Position numbers and translations under genes: made by a program. From contig OZ024753.1 in NCBI GenBank assembly GCA_964016885.1, positions 20,522,001 through 20,586,000 on the forward strand: a stretch of DNA of 64,000 nucleotides, given 5' to 3'. The notes beneath the pieces were generated by a model, which worked only from the letters and a program-made list of their open reading frames with translations, did not search any database and was not told where the DNA came from. Below, piece by piece: positions 15,001-30,000 of this stretch. Source of the DNA: Eledone cirrhosa (lineage: Eukaryota). The first letter of the stretch is position 1, and every line of letters begins with the position of its first letter.

Positions 15001-18000
15001 AATGATCTGTGTGTGTTGTGTTACAGTGGAGTGTCTGGGGAGTTGGGAAGGGTATGTGTGTGGTGTGATACAGTGTAGTGTCTGGGGTGTTGGGAAGGAT
15101 CTGTGTGTGTTGTGATACAGTGTAGTGTCTGTGGTGTTGGGAAGGATCTGTGTGTGTTGTGATACAGTGTAGTGTCTGGGTAGTTGGGAAGGATCTGGGT
15201 GCTGTGATACAGTATAGTGTGTGGGGAGTTGGGAAGCTTCTGTGTGTGTTGTGATACAGTGTAGTGTCTGGGTAGTTGGGAAGTATCTGTGTGTGTTGTG
15301 ATACATAGTATTGTCAGGGGAGTTGGTAAGGATCTGTATGTGTTGTGATACATTGTAGTGACTTGGGAGTTGGGAAGGAGCTGTGTGTGTTGTGATACAT
15401 TGTAGTATCTTGGGAGTTGGGAAGGAGCTGTGTGTGTTGTGATACATTGTAGTGTCTTGGGAGTTGGGAAGGAGCTGTGCGTGTTGATACAGTGTAGTGT
15501 CTTGGGAGTTGGGAAGGATGTGTGTGTGTTGTGATACATTGTAGAGTCTGGGGAGTTGGGAAGGGTCTGTTTGTATTGTGATACAGTGTAGTGTCTGGGG
15601 AGTAGGGGATGATCTGAGTGCAGTGATACGGTGTAGTGTCTGGGGTGTTGGGAAGGATATATGTGTGTTGTGATACAGTGTAGTGTCTGGGTAGTTGGGA
15701 GGGATCCGTGTTCGTTGTGATACAGTGTAGTGTCTGGGGAGTTGGGAAGGATCTGTGTGTGTTGTGATACAGTATAGTGTCTGGGGTGTTGGGAAGGATC
15801 TGTGTGTGTTGTGATACAGTTTTGTGTCTGGGGTGTTGGGGAGGATCTGTGTGTGTTGTGATACAGTGTAGTGTCTGGGGTGTTGGGAAGGATTTGTGTC
15901 TGTTGTGATTCAGTAGGGTGTCTGGGGAGTTGGGAAGGATCTGTGTGTGTTGTGATACAGTATAGTGTCTGGGGTGTTGGGAAGGATCTGTGTGTGTTGT
16001 GATACAGTATAGTGTCTGGGGAGTTGGGAAGGATCTGTGTGTGTTGTGATACAGTATAGTGTCTGGGGTGTTGGGAAGGATCTGTGTGTGTTGTGATACA
16101 GTATAGTGTCTGGGGTGTTGGGAAGGATCTGTGTGTGTTGTGATACAGTGTAGTGTCTGGGGTGTTGGGAAGGATCTGTGTGTGTTGTGATACAGTGTAG
16201 TGTCTGGGGTGTTGGGAAGGATCTGTGTGTGTTGTGATACAGTATAGTGTCTGGGGAGTTGGGAAGGATCTGTGTGTGTTGTGATACAGTATAGTGTCTG
16301 GGGTGTTGGGAAGGATCTGTGTGTGTTGTGATACAGTGTAGTGTCTGGGGAGTTGGGAAGGATCTGTGTGTGTTGTGATACAGTGTAGTGTCTGGGGAGT
16401 TGGGAAGGATCTGTGTGTGTTGTGATACAGTGTAGTGTCTGGGGAGTTGGGAAGGATCTGTGTGTGTTGTGATACAGTGTAGTGTCTGGGGAGTTGGGAA
16501 GGATCTGTGTGTGTTGTGATACAATATAGTGTCTGGGGTGTTGGGAAGGATCTGTGTGTGTTGTGATACAGTGTAGTGTCTGGGGTGTTGGGAAGGATCT
16601 GTGTGTGTTGTGATACAGTGTAGTGTCTGAGGAGTTGGGAGGGATCTGTGTGTGTTGTGATTCAGTATAGTGTCTGGGGTGTTGGGAAGGATCTGTGTGT
16701 GTTGTGATACAGTGTAGTGTCTGGGGATTTGGGAAGGATCTGTGTGTGTTGTGATACAGTGTAGTGTCTAGGTGGTTGGGAAGGATCTGTGTGTGTTGTG
16801 ATACAGTATAGTGTCTGGGGAGTTGGGAAGGATCTGTGTGTGTTGTGATACAGTATAGTGTCTGGGGAGTTCGGAAGGATCTGTGTGTGTTGTGATACAG
16901 TATAGTGTTTGGGGTGTTGGGAAGGATCTGTGTGTGTTGTGATACAGTGTAGTGTCTGGGGTGTTGGGAAGGATCTGTGTGTGTTGTGATACAGTGTAGT
17001 GTCTGGGGTGTTGGGAAGGATCTGTGTGTGTTGTGATACAGTGTAATGTCTGGGGAGTTGTGAAGGATCTGTGTGTGTTGTGATACAGTATAGTGTCTGG
17101 GGAGTTGGGAAGGATCTGTGTGTGTTGTGATACAGTATAGTGTCTTGGGTGTTGGGAAGGATCTGTGTGTGTTGTGATACAGTGTAGTGTCTGGGGAGTT
17201 GGGAAGGATCTGTGTGTGTTGTGATACAGTGTAGTGTCTGGGGAGTTAGGAAGGATCTGTGTGTGGTGTGATACAGTGTAGTGTCTGGGTAGTTGGGAAG
17301 GATCTGGGTGCTGTGATACAGTATAGTGTGTGGGGAGTTGGGAAGGATCTGTGTGTGGTGTGATACAGTATAGTGTCTGGAGATTTGGGAAGGATCTGTG
17401 TGTGTTGTGATACAGTGTAGTGTCTGGGGAGTTGGGAAGGATCTGTGTGTGTTGTGATACAGTATAGTGTCTGGGGAGTTGGGAAGGATATGTGTGTGTT
17501 GTGATACAGTATAGTGTCTGGGGAGTTGGGAAGGATCTGTGTGTGTTGTGATACAGTATAGTGTCTGGGGTGTTGGGAAGGATCTGTGTGTGTTGTGATA
17601 CAGTGTAGTGTATGGGGAGTTGGGAAGGATCTGTGTGTGTTGTGATACAATATAGTGTCTGGGGTGTTGGGAAGGATCTGTGTGTGTTGTGATACAGTGT
17701 AGTGTCTGGGGTGTTGGGAAGGATCTGTGTGTGTTGTGATACAGTATAGTGTCTGGGGTGTTGGGAAGGATCTGTGTGTGTTGTGATACAGTGTAGTGTC
17801 TGGGGATTTGGGAAGGATCTGTGTGTGTTGTGATACAGTGTAGTGTCTAGGTGGTTGGGAAGGATCTGTGTGTGTTGTGATACAGTATAGTGTCTGGGGA
17901 GTTGGGAACGATCTGTGTGTGTTGTGATACAGTATAGTGTCTGGGGTGTTGGGAAGTATCTGTGTGTGTTGTGATACAGTGTAGTGTCTGGGGTGTTGGG

Positions 18001-21000
18001 AAGGATCTGTGTGTGTTGTGATACAGTGTAGTGTCTGGGGTGTTGGGAAGGATCTGTGTGTGTTGTGATACAGTGTAGTGTCTGGGGAGTTGGGAAGGAT
18101 CTGTGTGTGTTGTGATACAGTGTGTTGTCTGGGGTGTTGGGAAGGATCAGTGTGTGTTGTATATACAGTATAGTGTCTGGGGAGTTGAGAAGGATCTGTG
18201 TGTGTTGTGATACAGTATAGTGTCTGGGGAGTTGGGAAGGATCTGTGTGTGTTGTGATACAGTATAGTGTCTGGGGTGTTGGGAAGGATCTGTGTGTGTT
18301 GTGATACAGTATAGTGTCTGGGGAGTTGGGAAGGATCTGTGTGTGTTGTGATACAGTATAGTGTCTGGGGTGTTGGGAAGGATCTGTGTGTGTTGTGATA
18401 CAGTGTAGTGTCTGGGGTGTTGGGAAGGATCTGTGTGTGTTGTGATACAGTGTAGTGTCTGGGGTGTTGGGAAGGATTTGTGTGTGTTGTGATACAGTAT
18501 AGTGTCTGGGGTGTTGGGAAGGATCTGTGTGTGTTGTGATACAGTGTAGTGTCTGGGGATTTGGGAAGGATCTGTGTGTGTTGTGATACAGTGTAGTGTC
18601 TAGGTGGTTGGGAAGGATCTGTGTGTGTTGTGATACAGTATAGTGTCTGGGGAGTTGGGAAGGATCTGTGTGTGTTGTGATACAGTATAGTGTCTGGGGA
18701 GTTCGGAAGGATCTGTGTGTGTTGTGATACAGTATAGTGTTTGGGGTGTTGGGAAGGATCTGTGTGTGTTGTGATACAGTGTAGTGTCTGGGGTGTTGGG
18801 AAGGATCTGTGTGTGTTGTGATACAGTGTAGTGTCTGGGGAGTTGGGAAGGATCTGTGTGTGTTGTGATACAATATAGTGTCTGGGGAGTTGGGAAGGAT
18901 CTGTGTGTGTTGTGATACAGTATAGTGTCTGGGGTGTTGGGAAGGATCTGTGTGTGTTGTGATACAGTGTATTGTCTGGGGAGTTGGGAAGGATCTGTGT
19001 GTGTTGTGATATAGTGTAGTGTCTGGGGAGTTGGGAAGGATCTGTGTGTGTTGTGATACAGTGTAGTGTCTGGGGAGTTGGGAAGGATCTGTGTGTGTTG
19101 TGATACAGTGTAGTGTCTGGGGAGTTGGGAAGGATCTGTGTGTGGTGTGATACAGTGTAGTGTCTGGGTAGTTGGGAAGGATCTGGGTGCTGTGATACAG
19201 TATAGTGTGTGGGGAGTTGGGAAGCGTCTGTGTGTGTTGTGATACAGTGTAGTGTCTGGGTAGTTGGGAAGTATCTGTGTGTGTTGTGATACAGTATAGT
19301 GTCTTGGGTGTTGGGAAGGATCTGTGTGTGTTGTGATACAGTGTAGTGTCTGGGGAGTTGGGAAGGATCTGTGTGTGTTGTGATACAGTGTAGTGTCTGG
19401 GGAGTTGGGAAGGATCTGTGTGTGGTGTGATACAGTGTAGTGTCTGGAGAGTTGGGAAGGATCTGTGTGTGTTGTGATACAGTGTAGTGTCTGGGGAGTT
19501 GGGAAGGATCTGTGTGTGTTGTGATACAGTATAGTGTCTGGGGAGTTGGGAAGGATATGTGTGTGTTGTGATACAGTATAGTGTCTGGGGAGTTGGGAAG
19601 GATCTGTGTGTGTTGTGATACAGTATAGTGTCTGGGGTGTTGGGAAGGATCTGTGTGTGTTATGATACAGTGTAGTGTCTGGGGAGTTGGGAAGGATCTG
19701 TGTGTGTTGTGATACAATATAGTGTCTGGGGTGTTGGGAAGGATCTGTGTGTGTTGTGATACAGTGTAGTGTCTGGGGTGTTGGGAAGGATCTGTGTGTG
19801 TTGTGATACAGTATAGTGTCTGAGGAGTTGGGAGGGATCTGTGTGTGTTGTGATTCAGTATAGTGTCTGGGGTGTTGGGAAGGATCTGTGTGTGTTGTGA
19901 TACAGTGTAGTGTCTGGGGATTTGGGAAGGATCTGTGTGTGTTGTGATACAGTGTAGTGTCTAGGTGGTTGGGAAGGATCTGTGTGTGTTGTGATACAGT
20001 ATAGTGTCTGGGGAGTTGGGAAGGATCTGTGTGTGTTGTGATACAGTATAGTGTCTGGGGTGTTGGGAAGTATCTGTGTGTGTTGTGATACAGTGTAGTG
20101 TCTGGGGTGTTGGGAAGGATCTGTGTGTGTTGTGATACAGTGTAGTGTCTGGGGTGTTGGGAAGGATCTGTGTGTGTTGTGATACAGTGTAGTGTCTGGG
20201 GAGTTGGGAAGGATCTGTGTGTGGTGTGATACAGTGTAGTGTCTGGAGAGTTGGGAAGGATCTGTGTGTGTTGTGATACAGTGTAGTGTCTGGGGTGTTG
20301 GGAAGGATCTGTGTGTGTTGTGATACAGTATAGTGTCTGGGGAGTTGGGAAGGATATGTGTGTGTTGTGATACAGTATAGTGTCTGGGGAGTTGGGAAGG
20401 ATCTGTGTGTGTTGTGATACAGTATAGTGTCTTGGGTGTTGGGAAGGATCTGTGTGTGTTGTGATACAGTGTAGTGTCTGGGGAGTTGGGAAGGATCTGT
20501 GTGTGTTGTGATACAGTGTGTTGTCTGGGGTGTTGGGAAGGATCTGTGTGTGTTGTATATACAGTATAGTGTCTGGGGAGTTGAGAAGGATCTGTGTGTG
20601 TTGTGATACAGTATAGTGTCTGGGGAGTTGGGAAGGATCTGTGTGTGTTGTGATACAGTATAGTGTCTGGGGTGTTGGGAAGGATCTGTGTGTGTTGTGA
20701 TACAGTATAGTGTCTGGGGAGTTGGGAAGGATCTGTGTGTGTTGTGATACAGTATAGTGTTTGGGGTGTTGGGAAGGATCTGTGTGTGTTGTGATACAGT
20801 GTAGTGTCTGGGGTGTTGGGAAGGATCTGTGTGTGTTGTGATACAGTATAGTGTCTGGGGAGTTGGGAAGGATCTGTGTGTGTTGTGATACAGTATAGTG
20901 TCTGGGGTGTTGGGAGGGATCTGTGTGTGTTGTGATACAGTGTAGTGTCTGGGGAGTTGGGAAGGATCTGTGTGTGTTGTGATACAGTGTAGTGTCTGGG

Positions 21001-24000
21001 GAGTTGGGAAGGATGTGTGTGTGTTGTGATACAGTGTAGTGTCTGGGGAGTTGGGAAGGATCTGTGTGTGTTGTGATACAGTGTAGTGTCTCGGGAGTTG
21101 GGAAGGATCTGTGTGTGTTGTGATACAGTATAGTGTCTGGGGTGTTGGGAAGGATCTGTGTGTGTTGTGATACAGTGTAGTGTCTGGGGTGTTGGGAAGG
21201 ATCTGTGTGTGTTGTGATACAGTATAGTGTCTGGGGAGTTGGGAAGGATCTGTGTGTGTTGTGATACAGTATAGTGTCTGGGGTGTTGGGAAGGATCTGT
21301 GTGTGTTGTGATACAGTGTAGTGTCTGGGGAGTTGGGAAGGATCTGTGTGTGTTGTGATACAGTCTAGTGTCTGGGGAGTTGGGAAGGATCTGTGTGTGT
21401 TGTGATACAGTATAGTGTCTGGGGAGTTGGGAAGGATATGTGTGTGTTGTGATACAGTATAGTATCTGGGGAGTTGGGAAGGATCTGTGTGTGTTGTGAT
21501 ACAGTGTAGTGTCTGGAGAGTTGGGAAGGATCTGTGTGTGTTGTGATACAGTATAGTGTCTGGGGAGTTGGGAAGGATATGTGTGTGTTGTGATACAGTA
21601 TAGTGTCTGGGGAGTTGGGAAGGATCTGTGTGTGTTGTGATACAGTATAGTGTCTTGGGTGTTGGGAAGGATCTGTGTGTGTTGTGATACAGTGTAGTGT
21701 CTGGGGAGTTGGGAAGGATCTGTGTGTGTTGTGATACAGTGTAGTGTCTGGGGAGTTGGGAAGGATCTGTGTGTGTTGTGATACAGTGTAGTGTCTGGGG
21801 AGTTGGGAAGGATCTGTGTGTGTTGTGATACAGTATAGTATCTGGGGAGTTGGGAAGGATCTGTGTGTGTTGTGATACAGTGTAGTGTCTGGGGAGTTGG
21901 GAAGGATCTGTGTGTGTTGTGATACAGTATAGTGTCTGGGGTGTTGGAAAGGATCTGTGTGTGTTGTGATACAGTATAGTGTCTGGGGAGTTGGGAAGGA
22001 TCTGTGTGTGTTGTGATACAGTATAGTGTCTGGGGAGTTGGGAAGGATCTGTGTGTGTTGTGATACAGTGTAGTGTCTGGGGTGTTGGGAAGGATCTGTG
22101 TGTGTTGTGATACAGTGTACTGTCTGGGGTGTTGGGAAGGATCTGTGTGTGTTGTGATACAGTATAGTGTCTGGGGAGTTGGGAAGGATCTGTGTGTGTT
22201 GTTATACAGTATAGTGTCTGGGGTGTTGGGAAGGATCTGTGTGTGTTGTGATACAGTGTAGTGTCTGGGGAGTTGGGAAGGATCTGTGTGTGTTTTGATA
22301 CAGTGTAGTGTCTGGGGAGTTGGGAAGGATCTGTGTGTGTAGTGATACAGTATAGTGTCTGGGGAGTTGGGAAGGATATTTGTGTGTTGTGATACAGTAT
22401 AGTGTCTGGGGAGTTGGGAAGGATCTGTGTGTGTTGTGATACAGTATAGTGTCTTGGGTGTTGGGAAGGATCTGTGTGTGTTGTGATACAGTGTAGTGTC
22501 TGGGGAGTTGGGAAGGATCTGTGTGTGTTGTGATACAGTGTAGTGTCTGGGGAGTTGGGAAGCATCTGTGTGTGTTGTGATACATTGTAGTGTCTGGGGA
22601 GTTGGGAAGGATCTGTGTGTGTTGTGATACAGTATAGTATCTGGGGAGTTGGGAAGGATCTGTGTGTGTTGTGATACAGTGTAGTGTCTGGGGAGTTGGG
22701 AAGGATCTGTGTGTGTTGTGATACAGTATAGTGTCTGGGGTGTTGGGAAGGATCTGTGTGTGTTGTGATACAGTATAGTGTCTGGGGAGTTGGGAAGGAT
22801 CTGTGTGTGTTGTGATACAGTATAGTGTCTGGGGTGTTGGGAAGGATCTGTGTGTGTTGTGATACAGTGTATTGTCTGGGGAGTTGGGAAGGATCTGTGT
22901 GTGTTGTGATACAGTGTAGTGTCTGGGGAGTTGGGAAGGATCTGTGTGTGTTGTGATACAGTATAGTGTCTGGGGTGTTGGGAAGGATCTGTGTGTGTTG
23001 TGATACAGTATAGTGTCTGGGGAGTTGGGAAAGATCTGTGTGTGTTGTGATACAGTAGAGTGTCTGGGGAGTTGGGAAGGATCTGTGTGTGTTGTGATAC
23101 AGTATAGTGTCTGGGGAGTTGGGAAGGAACTGTGTTTGTTGTGATACAGTGTAGTGTCTGGGGAGTTGGGAAGGAACTGTGTTTGTTGTGATACAGTGTA
23201 GTGTCTGGGGATTTGGGAATGATCTGTGTGTGTTGTGATGCAGTATAGTGTCTGGGGAGTTGGGAAGGAACTGTGTTTGTTGTGATACAGTATAGTCTCT
23301 GGGGATTTAGGAATGATCTGTGTTTGTTGTGATACATTGTAGAGGCTGGGGAGTTGGCAAGAGTTTCTGTGTGTGTTGTGATACAGTGTAGTGTCTGGGG
23401 AGTTGGGAAGGATATGTGTGTTGTGATACAGTGTAGTATCTGGGGAGTTGGGAAGGATATGTGTGTGTTGTGATACAGTGTAGTGTCTGGGGAGTTGGGA
23501 AGGATATGTGTGTGTTGTGATACAGTATAGTGTCTGGGGAGTTGGGAAGGAACTGTGTTTGTTGTGATACAGTATAGTGTCTGGGGACTTGGGAATGATC
23601 TGTGTGTGTTGTGATACAGTGTAGTGTCTGGGGAGTTGGGAAGGATATGTGTATATTGTGATACAGTTTAGTGTCTGGGGAGTTGGGAAGGATCTGTGTG
23701 TTGGGATAAAGTGTAGTGCCTGGGGAGTTGGGAAGGATGTGTGTGTGTTGTGATACATTGTAGAGTCTGGGGAGTTGGGAATGATCTGTGTGTTGGGATA
23801 AAGTGTAGTGTCTGGGGAGTTGGGAAGGGTATGTGTGTGGTGTGATACAGTATAGTGTCTGGGTAGTTGGGAAGGATCTGTGTGTGTTGTGATACAGTGT
23901 AGTGTCTGGGGAGTTGGGAAGGATCTGTGTATGGTGTTATACAGTGTAGTGTCTGGTGAGATGGGAAGCGTCTTTGTGTGTTGTGATACAGTGTAGTGTC

Positions 24001-27000
24001 TGGAAGTAGCTCAGGATCTGTGTGTGTTGTGATACAGTGTTTTGTCTGGAGAGTTGGTAAGGATCTGTGTGTTGTGATACAGTGTAGTGTCTGGGGAGTT
24101 GGGAAGGATATGTGTGTGTTGTGATTCAGTAGAGTGTCTGGGTAGTTGGGAAGGATCTGTGTGTGTTGTGATACAGTGTAGTGTCTGGGGAGTTGGGAAG
24201 GATCTGTGTGTGTTGTGATTCAGTAGAGTGTCTGGGTAGTTGGGAAGGATCTGTGTGTGTTGTGATACAGTGTAGTGTCTGGGGAGTTGGGAAGGATCTG
24301 TGTGTGTTGTGATTCAGTAGAGTGTCTGGGTAGTTGGGAAGGATCTGTGTGTTTTGTGATACAGTGTAGTGTCTGGGTAGTTGGGAAGGATCTGTGTGCT
24401 GTGATACAGTATAGTGTCTGGGGAGTTGGGAAGCGTCTGTGTGTGTTGTGATACAGTGTAGTGTCTGGGTAGTTGGGAAGTATCTGTGTGTGTTGTGATA
24501 CATAGTATTGTCTGGGGAGTTGGTAAGGATCTGTATGTGTTGTGATACATTGTAGTGACTTGGGAGTTGGGAATGAGCTGTGTGTGTTGTGATACATTGT
24601 AGTATCTTGGGAGTTGGGAAGGTGCTGTGTGTGTTGTGATACATTGTAGTGTCTTGGGAGTTGGGAAGGAGCTGTGCGTGTTGATACAGTGTAGTGTCTT
24701 GGGAGTTGGGAAGGATGTGTGTGTGTTGTGATACATTGTAGAGTCTGGGGAGTTGGGAAGGGTTTCTTTGAGTTGTGATACATTGTAGTGTCTTGGGAGT
24801 TGGGAAGGATATGTGTGTGTTGTGATACAGTATAGTGGCTGGGGAGTTGGGAAGGGTCTGTTTGTATTGTGATACAGTGTAGTGTCTGGGGAGTAGGGGG
24901 ATGATCTGAGTGCAGTGATACGGTGTAGTGTCTGGGGTGTTGGGAAGGATCTATGTGTGTTGTGATACAGTGTAGTGTCTGGGGAGTTGGGAGGGATCCG
25001 TGTTCGTTGTGATACAGTGTAGTGTCTGGGGAGTTTGGAAGGATCTGTGGGTTGTGATACAGTGTAGTGTCTGGGAGTAGGGAAGGGTGTGTGTGTTGTG
25101 ATACACTATAGTGTCTGGGAGTAGGTAAGGATCTGTATGCGTTGTGATACAGTGTTTTGTCTGGGGAGTTGGGGAGGATCTGTGTGTGTTGTGATAAAAG
25201 TATAGTGTCTGTGGAGTTGGGAAGGAACTGTGTGTGTTGTGATACAGTATAGTGTCTGGGGAGTTGGGAAGGATCTGTGTGTGTTGTGACACAGTATAGT
25301 GTCTAGGGAGTTGGGAAGGATATGTGTGTGTTGTGATACCGTATAGTGTCTGGGGAGTTGGGAAGGATCTGTGTGTGTTGTGACACAGTATAGTGTCTGG
25401 GGAGTTGGGAAGGATCTGTGTGTGTTGTGATACATCGTAGTGTCTGGGTAGTCGGGAAGGATCTGTGTGCTGTGATACAGTATAGTGTCTGGGGAGTTGG
25501 GAAGGATCTGTGTGTGTTGTGACACAGTATAGTGTCTGGGGAGTTGAGAAGGATCTGTGTGTGTTGTGATACAGTATAGTGTCTGTGGAGTTGGGAAGCA
25601 ACTGTGTTTGTTGTGATACAGTATAGTGTCTGGGGATTTGGAAATGATCTGTGTGTGTTGTGATACATTGTAGAGGCTGGGGAGTTGGCAAGAGTTTCTG
25701 TGTGTGTTGTGATACAGTGTAGTGTCTGGGGAGTTGGGAAGGATGTGTGTGGTGTGATACAGTGTAGTGTCTGGGGAGTTGGGAAGGATCTGAGTGTTGC
25801 GATACAGTGTAGTGTCTGGAGAGTTGGGGAGGGTCTGTGTGCGTTGTGATACAGTGTAGTGTCTGGGGAGTTGGGAAGGGTCTGTGTGTGTTGTGATAGT
25901 GTGTAGTGTCTGGGAAGTTGGGAACAAACTGTCTGTGTTGTGATACCGTGTAGTGTCTGGGGATTTGACAGGATATGTGTTTGTTGTGATACAGTGTAGT
26001 GTCTGGGGAGTTGGGAACGAACTGTCTGTGTTGTGATACTGTGTAGTGTCTGGTGTGTTGGGAAGGATATGTGTGTGCTGTGATACAGTGTAGTGTCTGG
26101 GGAGTTGGGAAGGATATGTGTTGGGATAAAGTGTAGTGTCTGGGGAGTTGGGAAAATATATGTGTGTTGTTATACAGTGTAATGTCTGGGGAGTTGGGAA
26201 GGGTCTGTGTGTGGTGTGATACAGTATAGTGTCTGGGAAGTTGGGAAGGATCTGTGTGATGTGATACAGTATAGTGTCTGGGTAGTTGGGAAGATCTGTG
26301 TGGTGTGATACAGTATAGTGTCTGGGAAGTTGGGAAGATCTGTGTGGTGTGATACAGTATAGTGTCTGGGAAGTTGGGAAGGATATGTGTGCGTTGTGAT
26401 ACAGTGTAGTGTCTGGGGAGTTGGGAAGGGTCTGTTTGTTATGTGATACAGTGTATTTTCTGGGGAGTTGGGAAGGATATGTGTGTGTTGTGAAACAGTG
26501 TATTGTCTGGGGAGTTGCGAAGGATCAGTGTGGTGTGATACAGTGTATTGTCTTGGCAGTTGTGAAGGATCTGTGTGTGTTGTGATAGATTTTATTGTCT
26601 GGGGAGTTGGTAAGGATCTGTGTGGTGTGATACAGTGTAGAGTCTGAGGAGTTGGGAAGGGTCTGTGTGTGTTGTGATAATGTGTAGTGTCTGGGAAGTT
26701 GGGAACGAACTGTCTGTGTTGTGATACCGTGTAGTGTCTGGGGATTTGGGATGGATATGTGTTTGTTGTGATACAGTGTAGTGTCTGGGGAGTTGGAAAC
26801 GAACTGTCTGTGTTGTGATACATTGTAGTGTCTGGGGAGTTGGGAAGGATCTGTGTGTTGGGATAAAGTGTAGTGTCTGGGGGATTTGGAAAAATATATG
26901 TGTTTTGTTATACAGTGTAATGTCAGGGGAGTTGGGAAGGTTCTGTGTGTGATGTGATACAGTGTAGTGTCTGGGGAGTTGGGAATGATTTGTGTGTTGT

Positions 27001-30000
27001 GTTACAGTGTAGTGTCTGAGCAGTTGGTAAGTATCTGTGTGTGTTGTGATACAGTATAGTGTCTGGGGAGTTGGGAAGGATGTGTGTGTGTTGTGATACA
27101 GTATAGTGTCTGGGCAGTTGGGAAGGATGTGTGTGTGTTGTGATACAGTTTATTGTCTGGGGAGTTGGGAAGGATCTGTTTGTGTTGTGATACACTGTAT
27201 TGTCTGGGGAGTTGCTAAGGATCTGTGTGTTTTCATTCAGTGTAGTGTCTGGGGAGTTGGGAAGGATATGTGTGTGTTGTGATACAATGTATTGTCGGGG
27301 GATTTGGGAAGGACCTCTGTGCGTTGTGATACAGTGTATTGTCTGCGGAGTTGGTAAGGATCAGTGAGTGATGATACAGTGTAGTGCCTGGGGAGGTGGG
27401 AAGGATCTGTGTATGGTGTGATACTGTGTAGTGTCTGGGGAGTTGGGAAGGATCTATGTGTTGTGATACACAGTAGTGTCATGGGAGTTGGGAAGGTTCT
27501 GTGTGTGTTGTGATACAGTGTAGTATCTAGGTTGTTGGGAAGGATCTGTGTGTGTTGTGATACAGTGTAGTGTCTGGGGAGTATGGAAGGATCTATGTCA
27601 GTTATGATTCAGTGTAGTGTCCGGGGAGTTGGGAAAGTTATGTGTCTGTTGTGATACAGTGTAGTGTCTGGGAAGTTGGGAAGGATATGTGTGTGCTGTG
27701 ATACATTGTAGAGTGTGGGGAGTTGGGAAGGATCTATGTGTGTGTTGTGATACAGTGTATGGTCTGGGGAGTTGGGAATGATCTGTGTGTATTGAGATAC
27801 AGTGTAGTGTCTTGGGATTTGGGAAGGATATGTGTTTGTTGTGATATAGTGTATTTTCTGGTGAGTTGGGGAGCGTCTTTGTGTGTTGTGATACAGTGTA
27901 GTGTCTGGGGAGTTTGGAAGCGTCTTTGTGTGTTGTGATACAGTGTAGTGTCTGGGGAGTTGGTAATGATCTGTGTGTTGTGATACAGTATAGTGTCTGG
28001 GAAGTTGGGAAGGATATGTATGTGTTGTGAAACAGTGTAGTGTCTGGGGAGTTGGGAAGGATCTGTGTGTGTTGTGATACAGTATAGTGTCTGGGAAGTT
28101 GGGAAGGATATGTATGTGTTGTGAAACAGTGTAGTGTCTGGGGAGTTGGGAAGGATCTGTGTGGTGTGATACAGTGTAGTGTCTGGGGAGTTGGGACGGG
28201 TCTGTTTGTGTTGTGATACAGTGTATTGTCTTGGGAGTTGTGGACGATCTGTGTGTGTTGTGATACAGTGTAGTGTCTTTGGGAGTTGGGAAGGATCTGT
28301 GTGTGTTGTGATACATTTTATTGTCTGGGGAGTTGGGAAGGATCTGAGTGTTGCGATACAGTGTAGTGACTGGGGAGTTGGGAAAGGTCTGTGTGCGTTG
28401 TGATACAGTGTAGTGTCTGGGGAGTTGGGAAGGATCTGAGTGTTGCGATACAGTGTAGTGACTGGGGAGTTGGGAAAGGTCTGTGTGCGTTGTGATACAG
28501 TGTAGTGACTGGGGAGTTGGGAAAGGTCTGTGTGTGTTGTGATAGTGTGTAGTGTCTGGGAAGTTGGGAACGAACTGTCTAGGTTGTGATACCGTTCAGT
28601 GTCTGGGGATTTGGGATGGATATGTGTTTGTTGTGATACAGTGTAGTGTGTGGGGAGTTTGGAACGAACTGTCTGTGTTGTGATACAGTGTAGTGTCTGG
28701 GGAGTTGGGAAGGATATGTTTGTGCTGTGATACATTGTAGAGTCTGGGGATTTGGGAAGGATTTGCGTGTTGTGATACAGTGTAATCTCTGGGCAGTTGG
28801 GAAGGTTCTGTGTCTGGTGTGATACAGTATAGTGTCTGGGTAGTTGCTAAGTATCTGTGTGTGTTGTGATACACTGTATGGAATGGGGAGTTGGGAATGA
28901 TATGTGTGTTGTCATTCAGTGTAGTGTCTGGGGAGTTGGGAAAGATCTGTGTGCGTTGTGATACAGTGTATTGTCTGGGGAGTTGGTAAGGATCTGTGTG
29001 TGGTGTGATACAGTGTAGTGTCTGGGGTGTTGGGAAGGATCTGTGTATGGTGTGATACAGTATAGTGTCTGGGGAGTTGGGAAGGATCTGTGTGTTGTGA
29101 TACACTGTAGTGTCATGGGAGTTGGGAAGGGTTTGTGTGTGTTGTGATACACTGTAGTATCTAGGGAGTTGGGAAGGATCTGTGTGTGTTGTGATACAGT
29201 GTAGTGTCTGGGAGGTATGGAAGGATCTATGTTAGTTATGATACAGTGTAATGTGTGGGGAGATAGGAATGACCTGTGTGTGTTGTGACACCGTATGTCT
29301 GGGTACTTGCGAAGGGTCTGTGTGTTGTGATACAGTGTATAGTCTGGGGAGTCGTGAATGTTCTGTGTCTGTTGTGATACAGTGTAGTGTCTGGGAAGTT
29401 GGGAATGATCTGTGTGTTGTGATACAGTGTAGTGTCTGGGGAGTTGGGAAGGATATGTGTTTGTTGTGATACAGTGTAGTGTCTGGGGAGTTGGTAAGGA
29501 CCTGTGTGTTGTGATACAGTGTAGTGTCTGCGAAGTTGGGAAGGATATGTGTGCGTTGTGATACAGTGTATTGTCTGGGGAGTTGGTAAGGATCTGTGTG
29601 TTGTGATACAGTATAGTGTCTGGGAAGTTGGGAAGGATATGTGTGTGTTGTGATACAGTATAGTGTCTGGGGAGTTGGGAAGGATATGTGTGGTGTGATA
29701 CAGTGTAGTGTCTGGGGAGTTGGGAAGGGTCTGTTTGTGTTGTGATACAGTGTATTGTCTTGGGAGTTGTGAAAGGATCTGTGTGTGTTGTCATACTGTG
29801 TAGTGTCTGGGGTGTTGGGAAGGATCTGTGTGTGTTGTGATACAGTGTAGTGTCTGGGGAGTTGGGAAGGATCTGTGTGTGTTGTGATACAGTATAGTGT
29901 CTGGGGTGTTGGGAAGGATCTGTGTGTGTTGTGATACAGTATAGTGTCTGGGGTGTTGGGAAGGATCTGTGTGTGTTGTGATACAGTATAGTGTCTGGGG

